Source: Thermoplasmata archaeon | GTDB lineage: Archaea > Thermoplasmatota > Thermoplasmata > Lutacidiplasmatales > UBA184 | Direction: 5' to 3' | DNA length: 64,000 nt | Assembly (NCBI GenBank): GCA_028864975.1 | Contig: JAGWLG010000001.1 | Location: 1 to 64,000, forward strand | In this document: piece after piece, positions 53,122-61,333 of the stretch | Numbering within the stretch: the first letter of the stretch is position 1 | Layout of the letters: each line of letters opens with the position of its first letter | Notes under the pieces: generated by a model | The model's input: the letters and a program-made list of their open reading frames with translations, nothing else | Told to the model about the DNA's origin: nothing | The model's database searches: none | Program-made: the position numbers and the translations under genes

Positions 53122-55725
53122 GTGAATCTCGGGAGGGCCCGATTGTACGCTGCGTCCGTGACGGTCGTCGTGTTCGCCCTCCTGACGCTCGTCGCGGGCG
53201 CGGCTCCCCTCGTGGCTGGGGTGCCTGCGCCGACCGCGCTCGGAGGCGCTCCCGGGGTCCTATCGACCTCCAGGTCTCCACTGGCCCCTCTCAACACCTG
53301 TCCGAACTCCTACTTCTACGGGTCGTCGACGAGCCTCAGCCTCCAGAACGTCGTGGATTGCGCCGGGGCGGGAGGGTTCAGCGGGGACCTGCAGATCACG
53401 TTCGTCTCGATGGCCTATCAAGAGAGCAACTTCTGTCCGGGGGCGATCCAGGGAGGGAGCGGCACCTGCTTCGTGACCGGTCCGGGCTGCAGCGGGAACC
53501 CGAATGCTGAGGGGATCCTCCAGCAGGGAACCGCCGGCCAGTGCCCTCCGACGGGAGGTCCCTTCTCGGTGCCGGGCTACAGTGCTAGCTCGTGCTCGAC
53601 CTGGTCCGGGAACGTGAACGACTGGGGCGGGATCTACTTCAATCCGCTATGCTCGTTCCAGTGGGCGCTGGCATACTACAACCAGAACGGGGGAGGGGAC
53701 TACAACTTCTGGGGAAGCTACCTCTCTGGCGCGTACTGCAACTGGGCCCCCAACGGCTTCCTGGGGACGGGTTCGGTCACTTGTTCGGGGACGGGGCAGA
53801 ACCAGGCGAACCTGCCTTGGAGCACGGTCTGCCCCAACAACGTCTGTCCGAGCGGCGGGAGCCCTCTTTCAGCAAGTTACTCGGTGACGGACACCACGAC
53901 AGGTACGAGCCTCGCGTGCGGCGCGACGATCGATACCGGTGACTCGATCCAGTTCACGGGCACTGGGTCGGGGGGGTCGCCCCCGTACACCTATACATGG
54001 ACCTACGGGGACGGGGGTACAGGGACCGGATCGACCGCGACCCATGTCTACACCGCCACCGGCACCGTCAACCCGATGCTGAAGGTGACCGACAGCACCG
54101 GCGCGACCGCGAACACCGGCACCGGATGCTCGTTCACCGTCGCCGCCCCTCCTGTCCCCACGATCTCTTCGTTCACCCTCTCCCCCTCCGTGCTCCACCT
54201 GGGGTGGACCACCTACGCGAACGTGAGCGCCCAGGGTGGGACCCCCCCGTACGCCTACGCCTTCGGGGGGCTCCCGACGGGGTGCGCTTCCTCCAACGTG
54301 GCCTCCCTGACCTGCACGCCGACCGCGACCGGGAACTTCACGGTCCACGCGACGGTCACGGATGCCCGCGGCCAGACCGCGTCGGCCAGCGCCTGGGTAG
54401 ATGTGAAGCCCGCCAAGGGGCCGGGACCGACCCTGAGCGCGTTCACCGCCGCGCCCAGCCCGATCACCTTGGGGGCCTCCGCCTACTTCAACGCCACCCC
54501 CACGGGCGGCGTGCTTCCATACACTTACGTCTACACCTCGCTCCCTGGGGGGTGCGTGAGCTCGAACACAAGCTCGCTGCTGTGCACGCCCACGGCCACC
54601 GGGACGTTCAACGTCAGCGTCCTGGTCACGGACGCCCAGGGGTTGAGCGCGTCCGGGGTCGCCACGCTCCAGGTCGATCCACCGGTCATCACGCCCCTCA
54701 CGATCGCCCATTTCCTCGCCTCACCGTCCACTCTGAACGCGGGAAGTGCGACCCGACTGAGCGCGACCGTCTCGGGAGGAACGACCCCCTACACGTTCTC
54801 CTACGCGGGGCTGCCCGTGGGGTGTGCTTCGAGCGATGCTGCGACCTTGACGTGTACCCCCACGGCTTCGGGGCAGTTCGAGGTGACGCTGACGGTCTCG
54901 GACTCGGGAGGGCATAGCGTCTCGGCTCTGGTCTCGATCTCCGTGACCGTCCCCAGTGGTTATCCTGCCATCGCGTCGTTCACCGCGGCGCCTTCACCCG
55001 TGGCCGTCGGCGGGACCACCGTCCTTGCCGTCTCGGTCGACGGGGGTTCAACGCCGTACTCGTTCTCCTACTCGGGGCTCCCTTCAGGTTGCTCGTCGTC
55101 GGACGTCGCCTCGCTACGCTGTTCTCCGACCAGCTCCGGCAGCTTCTCCGTGCAGGTCGTAGTCCAGGATCAGCTCGGTCACGGGGCCTCGACCCGGGCG
55201 ACCCTGAGCGTGGTCCATGCCTCCTCGGCGCCGCGCATCACGAGCTTCGTGGCGACCCCGAGCACCACGGTCGTCGGAGGCACGGTCGGTTTCTCGCTCA
55301 CGGTCGTTGGAGGGACGGCGCCCTACGAGGGGAGCTACTCTGGCCTCCCCACGGGATGTGCGAACGAGACGTCCTCCTCCTTCACCTGCTCCCCGAGCGC
55401 TCCGGGGACCTATCACGTGAGCGCGAACGTGACCGACGCTCTGGGCCAATCCACCTCGGCCACGCTCGTGCTCACGGTTCAGCCCGGGGGTGGCGCTCCC
55501 CCGGGCGCCTCGTCTCCTGCGATCGAGGTGATCGGCATCTTGACCTCAGGGCCAGGATTGATCGCGCTCGTGGGGTTGGCGGTCGGCGTGATCACGGTCC
55601 TGGCCGTCCGACACCGCCGCCGGTCGAGTGTAAAAGGTATGGCGTCACCTGAGGAAGAGGCGACCTGGGCTCCCTTGCAGCCCGGACCCCCGGAGGGTTG
55701 TTGGCAGGGCCCGCCGAGGACCTGA
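53122..55725 (+). CDS. Surface-anchored lysozyme-like (SLT/lytic transglycosylase-like) domain, PKD domain, five Ig-like repeats, TM
   Basis: Signal peptide; GF.G....VSMAYQES..CPGA / EGILQ / FNP / FWGSYLSGAY pattern; PKD YTWTYGDG; C-terminal TM LIALVGLAVGVITVLAV. Start approximate (GTG 53122). Confidence 0.8.
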   Translation: MNLGRARLYAASVTVVVFALLTLVAGAAPLVAGVPAPTALGGAPGVLSTSRSPLAPLNTCPNSYFYGSSTSLSLQNVVDCAGAGGFSGDLQITFVSMAYQESNFCPGAIQGGSGTCFVTGPGCSGNPNAEGILQQGTAGQCPPTGGPFSVPGYSASSCSTWSGNVNDWGGIYFNPLCSFQWALAYYNQNGGGDYNFWGSYLSGAYCNWAPNGFLGTGSVTCSGTGQNQANLPWSTVCPNNVCPSGGSPLSASYSVTDTTTGTSLACGATIDTGDSIQFTGTGSGGSPPYTYTWTYGDGGTGTGSTATHVYTATGTVNPMLKVTDSTGATANTGTGCSFTVAAPPVPTISSFTLSPSVLHLGWTTYANVSAQGGTPPYAYAFGGLPTGCASSNVASLTCTPTATGNFTVHATVTDARGQTASASAWVDVKPAKGPGPTLSAFTAAPSPITLGASAYFNATPTGGVLPYTYVYTSLPGGCVSSNTSSLLCTPTATGTFNVSVLVTDAQGLSASGVATLQVDPPVITPLTIAHFLASPSTLNAGSATRLSATVSGGTTPYTFSYAGLPVGCASSDAATLTCTPTASGQFEVTLTVSDSGGHSVSALVSISVTVPSGYPAIASFTAAPSPVAVGGTTVLAVSVDGGSTPYSFSYSGLPSGCSSSDVASLRCSPTSSGSFSVQVVVQDQLGHGASTRATLSVVHASSAPRITSFVATPSTTVVGGTVGFSLTVVGGTAPYEGSYSGLPTGCANETSSSFTCSPSAPGTYHVSANVTDALGQSTSATLVLTVQPGGGAPPGASSPAIEVIGILTSGPGLIALVGLAVGVITVLAVRHRRRSSVKGMASPEEEATWAPLQPGPPEGCWQGPPRT
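54151..55485 (+). repeat. Five tandem ~90-aa Cys-stapled Ig-like repeats
   Basis: Consensus P.I.SF.A.PS......T......GGT.PY...Y.GLP.GC.SS....L.C.PT..G.F.V.V.VTD..G repeated five times. Confidence 0.85.
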
Positions 55726-55851
55726 GCCGACGGTTCGCCAGTTCCCTGGTGCCTACCGCCCTTGCGCACTCCTCCGGGGCGCCCGTCCTTACTTTTCACT
55801 CGTCGGCTTCTGGTCGGTGGGTCCCGCTCCATGCCTATGGGCGGAGACGAA

Positions 55852-56802
55852 CTACCGGGGCTCGGTGGGGCGCGTTCGAGAGCGCGACGCGACCTTCGGT
55901 CGATGGACCTCGCCCACGCGGCTCTCGGGTTCGATCAGAAGGTAGTGGATGCGCGGGAAGTGCTCCCGGATCAGCTCCCCCAGGCGGTCGATGTGCATCT
56001 CGACCTCGTTCGTGCTGAGGTCGTCCGCGAAGTTCACCCGGAGACCCACCAGCTCGTCGTCCGGTCCCAAGAGCATGCTCTGGACGCCGACCACTTGACG
56101 CACGGGGGGATACTTCTCCACGAGCGCTAGGAGCGCGCGGGTCTCCTCCGCCCCTCGGCTTCGTCCCACCAGGAGCTCTCTCCCATCTCGCGCCAAGGCC
56201 AGGCCCATGAAGAGGAGGGACGCGCCGACGATGAAGGCCGCCACCCCGTCGAGCGCGAAGAGCCCGGTCACCTGGACGAGGAAGAGGCCCAGGAGGGCGA
56301 CCGCGCCGCCCAGGACGCTGACCGCGTCCTGGAGAAAGACAGTTTTCACCCCAAGGTGCATCGAGGTGAGCAGCGCTCGGACCGTGCCCCCGTCCCGCCG
56401 GAGCTCGAGAAGGACCACAAAGATGCTCGCGAGATTCCCCGCGAAGGTGACGGCCACGGTGAGGAGCCCCTCCCGTAGCGCTCCTACGGGATGAGGGGAG
56501 AGGATCTCTTGCAGCGCGAACACCATGACGAACGCCCCCGCGAGGCAGAAGGCCACCAGGCCGGCGCTGTAGGCCCAGAAGAACCGCTCCTTCCCCCGCC
56601 CGAAGGGGTGGGTGGGGGACGCCGGGAACTGGGCCGCGCGCTGTCCCCAGAGGATCATGAGCCCCGCCACTAGGTCCGTCGCGGCGTTCACGGCCTGGGA
56701 GAGGACCGCGTGGCTCCCTCCCGCCTCGAAGACCACGAAGTTCACGGCCAGGAAGGCCACGTTGAGGGCGAAGCTTGCGACGAGCACGAGCTGGGTGCGC
56801 AA
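55852..56802 (-). CDS. Cation diffusion facilitator (CDF) transporter
   Basis: SHAVLSQAVNAATD, HPFGRGKERFF, VFLQDAVS, C-terminal dimerisation domain; TTG start. Confidence 0.9.
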   Translation of the reverse strand: MRTQLVLVASFALNVAFLAVNFVVFEAGGSHAVLSQAVNAATDLVAGLMILWGQRAAQFPASPTHPFGRGKERFFWAYSAGLVAFCLAGAFVMVFALQEILSPHPVGALREGLLTVAVTFAGNLASIFVVLLELRRDGGTVRALLTSMHLGVKTVFLQDAVSVLGGAVALLGLFLVQVTGLFALDGVAAFIVGASLLFMGLALARDGRELLVGRSRGAEETRALLALVEKYPPVRQVVGVQSMLLGPDDELVGLRVNFADDLSTNEVEMHIDRLGELIREHFPRIHYLLIEPESRVGEVHRPKVASRSRTRPTEPR

Positions 56803-57262
56803 GTCTGCTCCTCGGAATCACGGTCGGGGGCTACGCGGTCTTCGTGCTACCTGCGGGAGCCGCGGGACCGGGAGTCTGCGGCGACGAGGTCCCAATGGGG
56901 AGTTTCACCATAAGGATTCGTCCGCTCGTCGCGGGGATGATCCTCCGCTGTACTGTACGGGGAGGCAGAGGCCCGCTTCAATTGCGGAGAAAAGGTTCAC
57001 AGGGCCCCTGCGGTACGACCTCCGACCCCCTCCAGCGGAGCCTACGGTCGGGCCCACACACGGGGCGGAGCATCCGAGCCGAAACGCGTGAGGCTTTTGT
57101 GCGCATTGGGCTACAGGTTCGTTCGGTCCCTCGTAGCCGCACGGGCGCGGCCCGTGATGAGGTCGGCACGGATCGCCGCCGCCGGCGTCCTCCTCTCGGA
57201 GCGGAGATCGGGTTCGCAAGGAGTCGGATCGTGGCTGAGCAGCGGAAAGAGGTCCGCCCGCG

Positions 57263-58642
57263 ATGATCCGACTGTGCATCAGCTCCCAGACGCCTCCTCT
57301 TCGCCCTATTGGAGACCGCCCGAAGGGCGCCTTGGGTACGTGGAAGCTCGGTGCCGACTACGTGCCGCAGCTGGGCGGGGTCGTCCCGATGATGCGGGCC
57401 CTCATCCGAGAGGGAAGGCGCTCCTGGCTGGCCCCCCGTCCCCTCTGGGTGGCGATGGGGGGTGCGGGGATCCCAGAGCGCGCGCTCACCTCCGAGGGAT
57501 ACCTCGTTGAGACGGTCGATGTTTCGAGGACGGAACGTGAGCTCTACGGGCGGTTCAAGGAGCGAGTGTGGCGCTCCTTCCACGGTCCCGGTTTCCCCGA
57601 GTTCGTCCCCGAAGAGTACCGAGCCTTCGTCGCGTACAGCCATGCGACGGCGAACCACCTGCTCCAACATCTGGGGGAGTACGACCTGTTCTACATCAAC
57701 GACTTCCAACAGATCCTCTGTGGAGCGATGATCGGGGCGGCCGCGCCCTCGGTCCTCCGATGGCACATCCCCCTCGAGTTCCGGGGGTACCCGGAACCGG
57801 TCCGACGGTTCTTCCTTCGGCTGATGGAGGACTATGACGCGATCGTGGTGAGTACGAAGGCCGCCCTGGTCGAGCTCATTCGGGCCGGGTTCCACGGCCG
57901 GGCCTACCAGGTCTACCCGTACGTCGACCCTCGGGAGCAGAAGGTGTCGACCACGTCGGAGACCCGCCGGTTCCGCGGACGCTTCGGTCTCGGCGAGGGC
58001 CCTCTGGTGCTTTCGGTGGGCCGGATGGACCCGGTGAAGCGCCAGGACCTTCTCATCGAGGCTTTCGCACGCGTGCACGCCAGGTTCCCGTCCAGCCGCC
58101 TCGTCCTGGTGGGAGGGGGGAGCTTCACGACTCGCCAGCTGAGCTCAAGCGGCCTGCCGTCGAAGGCCATCTGGTGGGAGTCGCGGATCCGGGCCCTTGC
58201 CCGTCGGCTCCATCTCCAACAGGCCGTGGCCCTGACCGGAGCCCTGAGCGTCGAGGAGTTGAGGGCAGCGTATGCCTCCGCCAGCGTGTTCGTCCACCCG
58301 GCCCCCTGGGAGGGTTTCGGTCTCGTGGTGATCGAGGCCTGGCTCCGGGGGCTGCCGGTCATCGTGAGCCGGGGCGCGGGGGTCGCGGAGCTCGTGAACG
58401 ACGGGGTGAACGGGTACATTGTGCGCTCGGGGTCCGTCCCCGAGATGGCGTCCCGCCTCGGGGCCCTTCTCGCGCACCCCTCCCAAGCGGAACGCATGGG
58501 GGAGAACGGTCGGCTCACTGCCAGGGGCTGCACCGTACAACGCGCCGCCCCTCAGCTCAAGGAGATCTTCGATCTCACCATCCGGCACTACGAGCGGAGC
58601 GGTCTGCTCCTCGACCACCGTGCGAGGAACGGACGGCCATGA
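57263..58642 (+). CDS. Glycosyltransferase (GT-B): OtsA/TreT-like N-domain, GT4-type C-domain
   Basis: VWRSFHG, INDFQQ, LRWHIP; VGRMDPVK, WEGFGLVVIEAW. Confidence 0.85.
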   Translation: MIRLCISSQTPPLRPIGDRPKGALGTWKLGADYVPQLGGVVPMMRALIREGRRSWLAPRPLWVAMGGAGIPERALTSEGYLVETVDVSRTERELYGRFKERVWRSFHGPGFPEFVPEEYRAFVAYSHATANHLLQHLGEYDLFYINDFQQILCGAMIGAAAPSVLRWHIPLEFRGYPEPVRRFFLRLMEDYDAIVVSTKAALVELIRAGFHGRAYQVYPYVDPREQKVSTTSETRRFRGRFGLGEGPLVLSVGRMDPVKRQDLLIEAFARVHARFPSSRLVLVGGGSFTTRQLSSSGLPSKAIWWESRIRALARRLHLQQAVALTGALSVEELRAAYASASVFVHPAPWEGFGLVVIEAWLRGLPVIVSRGAGVAELVNDGVNGYIVRSGSVPEMASRLGALLAHPSQAERMGENGRLTARGCTVQRAAPQLKEIFDLTIRHYERSGLLLDHRARNGRP

Positions 58643-59427
58643 GCCGCGATTGCCGGGATGGCGGCCGTCACGGCGCAGGGGCACCGATTCAGGGCGTCAC
58701 GGTCGATTTCTGGCACACGCTCGCCTACCTTCCCGAGAGGCCGCGCCAGCGCCTCGAGGAAGAGCGTCGCTCCATCTGGACTCGTCATTTGGTGCGCGGA
58801 GGTCTTCCCTCGCGTCAAGCTCCGCGATGGGTCCGCTGGTGGGAGAAGCTGGACTATCGGCTCGAGCGGCTCGGTCGAGCTCCCTCGATCCCCGCGCAGT
58901 GTCGGCTCGTAGGGCGGGCGGCGGCGATACGTCTCCGAAGTCTGGAGTTGCAACAGGACCTGGACGCGGCTCTGTTGGCGGCTCCCGTCCGCAGGGTCCC
59001 GGGAGCGCGCGAGGCCCTGCGACGTCTCGAAGGGGTAGGGGTGCGAATTGCACTACTGTCCAACGTGGTGTTCGAGACCCCCGTTGCGGCCCGGGCCCTT
59101 CTCGCCAAGCTCGACCTCGCGAAGGAACTCCCCGTTCGGGTCTATTCGGCGGAACACCCCTGGTCGAAGCCGGACCCCCGGATCTACCGATGCGCGATGC
59201 ATAAGCTCCGGCTCCGGCCTTCCCAAGGGCTCCATGTGGGCGACCTTTCTCTCGATGTCGAGGGGGCGCTGGCGGCCGGGATGTCCGTCTTGCGACTCAC
59301 CTGGGAGGAGCGGCACCGCGGGATTGCTCGACTCCCCGGCCGCTGGGATGTGCCCACCTGGTCCGCCGCGAGCCGGTGGATTCTCGCAAGGGCGAGCCCC
59401 CGAGACGAACGCGGAGCGGGCGCGTAG
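58639..59427 (+). CDS. HAD-family hydrolase (subfamily IA-like)
   Basis: VDFWHTL, LLSN, KPDPRIY, HVGD..LDV; ATGA overlap with the glycosyltransferase. Confidence 0.85.
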   Translation: MSRDCRDGGRHGAGAPIQGVTVDFWHTLAYLPERPRQRLEEERRSIWTRHLVRGGLPSRQAPRWVRWWEKLDYRLERLGRAPSIPAQCRLVGRAAAIRLRSLELQQDLDAALLAAPVRRVPGAREALRRLEGVGVRIALLSNVVFETPVAARALLAKLDLAKELPVRVYSAEHPWSKPDPRIYRCAMHKLRLRPSQGLHVGDLSLDVEGALAAGMSVLRLTWEERHRGIARLPGRWDVPTWSAASRWILARASPRDERGAGA

Positions 59428-59945
59428 CATCTCTCGCCGACACTCGTTCGCGTAGGGAGAGCGGCGCTGCCGCACGGGGGAGGTGTCAGCGGCACGGCCC
59501 GGACCGGGGAGCCACCGGTCCCTGAGGAGGGGGGGGTGGGGGCTCTGACCCCAGGGCTCAGGGGGAGAGCTCGGACCCCTCGCGGGCGTCGGGCTCCCGC
59601 ACGGGGCGGGCACTTGGCCCGGGCGACGGGAACTTGGGCCCTCTTCGAGCGTTTCGAGGTTGCGGCGGGGTCCTTTCGGACCATACCCCAGTACCAACAT
59701 GTTGGATTTCACTCCCATGAACTGGGGCGGATTGCAGCGCCGTGACTCGGCGGGGCGCGGGCCCTGCCCTGCGCCGGAAGCACGCTCGTGAACGAGATCT
59801 CCCCCGTCACGGCCCGCCGCGTCTATGCGCGGCCCCCCCGCGGGTCCGAGGTCCCAGGGTGCGATAGGCCGACGGGCAAGCGCGTTGCCCGTCTTGGGCG
59901 CGGACCAGCTTCCCCGGGTGGTGGCCGTTGGGCCGGAGGCCGACG

Positions 59946-61283
59946 GTGAGCGATCTCCTCGGTGCGGCCGCCCCATGGCTCGAGCTCCTCTTCCCCACCT
60001 TCCTCGGTCTGGTGACGCTCGCGCTTGTCGCCGGATTCGTCCAGGCGCGGGTCTCCGAGGGCCGGTGGCGGAGGACCCTTCACTCCCTCGTGGCCGGTCC
60101 GGGGCTTGCGGTCGTGCTGGGCTACGCGGTGCTCGTCGTCGCCCCCCGTCTGCAGCATGACTATCCGCGGGTCTATCCCGACGTTCTCGCCCAGCCGGTC
60201 GTCGAGCTCCTGGTCGAGCTCGCGGTCCTCTCCACCGTTGTCGGCTTCGGCTCGGCCTCCGTGACGCGTCACCTCGACTCCCCGAAGCATCCTGCCCGTC
60301 GCTATCTCCGATTGGGGGTGTATGCCGCCGGGTTCCTGGGGCTGCTTTACGTCCTCCTGTCCAATCCCGATGCGCCCCGGGCGGCGCCGCTGGAGTGGAG
60401 CACGCTCGGGTTCCTGGCGGGGCTCACCGCCACCTACCTGGTGGTCCACATCATCGACGTCCTCCTGGAACGTTACATGGCGGGGGCGGCCGCCCGTCAA
60501 CCCCGTCTGCAGACCATCTATGTCTTCCTCCGCCGCCTGATGCTCGTCGCGGTCGCTCTCGTCGGGCTCGCGGTCACGGTGAGCGTCACCTTCCCGGGCG
60601 CGGCGCTCGCCGTCTCCTCCCTGATCCTCGCGGCGGGCTTCCTGTCGATTGTCGTGGGGCTGGCGGCCCAGCCGACCTTGTCGAACCTCTTCGCGGGGAT
60701 CCTCGTGGCGACGACCCAGCCCTTCGAGATCGGGGACGCGGTCGTCTTTCCGTATCCGAACGGGGATTGGTGCATCGTCGAGGACATTCGCCTGAACTTC
60801 ACCGTTTTGCGCACGTGGGACCTCCGACGGCTCATGGTGCCGAACTCCATGTTCCAGTCCAACATCGTCGTGAACTACACCGCGGTCGACCCGACGATGC
60901 TCGTCATCGTCTACCTCGTGATCACCTACGGTTCCGACGTCGACCGGGCGCGCGAGATCATGGTCGAGGAAGCGCGCAAGCACCCCGACTGCAAGCCCCT
61001 GGGGAACCTGCCGATCACGCACGTCATGGACTATCAAGGCGGAGGGAACCAGGGGAGCGGGATGTACGGCGGGGTCGACCTTCGCTTGCTCAGCGCCGCG
61101 AAGGACCAGAGCACGGCCTTCCAGGTGGAGAAGGACCTCCTGTACACGATCCGCAAGCGGTTCGAGGCGGAAGGGATCCAGCTTGCGTACCCGACGCAGC
61201 GCGTCATCCTGGAGCGAGCGGCCGATCCCGGGCCGCGACGCGGTCCCGCGGGCCCTGGGCCCGACCTAACGGGTCGGGGGTAG
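59946..61283 (+). CDS. mscS: Small-conductance mechanosensitive channel
   Basis: GLAAQPTLSNLFAGI, PFEIGDAV, VEDIRLNFTVLRTWD, VPNS, GIQLAYP; extra N-terminal TMs. Confidence 0.92.
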   Translation: MSDLLGAAAPWLELLFPTFLGLVTLALVAGFVQARVSEGRWRRTLHSLVAGPGLAVVLGYAVLVVAPRLQHDYPRVYPDVLAQPVVELLVELAVLSTVVGFGSASVTRHLDSPKHPARRYLRLGVYAAGFLGLLYVLLSNPDAPRAAPLEWSTLGFLAGLTATYLVVHIIDVLLERYMAGAAARQPRLQTIYVFLRRLMLVAVALVGLAVTVSVTFPGAALAVSSLILAAGFLSIVVGLAAQPTLSNLFAGILVATTQPFEIGDAVVFPYPNGDWCIVEDIRLNFTVLRTWDLRRLMVPNSMFQSNIVVNYTAVDPTMLVIVYLVITYGSDVDRAREIMVEEARKHPDCKPLGNLPITHVMDYQGGGNQGSGMYGGVDLRLLSAAKDQSTAFQVEKDLLYTIRKRFEAEGIQLAYPTQRVILERAADPGPRRGPAGPGPDLTGRG

Positions 61284-61333
61284 ACCGGGCCGAGATCGAG
61301 TTGGGGTGCGAGAGCTTCCCTGTGGGCCCGTGC

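Noticed and set aside
57154-57238. Possible C/D-box sRNA (GTGATGA...CTGA)
   Set aside because: Span of ~85 nt is too long, and there are no recognisable internal D'/C' boxes or terminal stem.
59428-59945. SRP RNA or RNase P RNA in the long intergenic gap
   Set aside because: Neither the SRP helix-8 GGAAG/AGCA motif nor the RNase P GAGGAAAGUCC motif was found on either strand.
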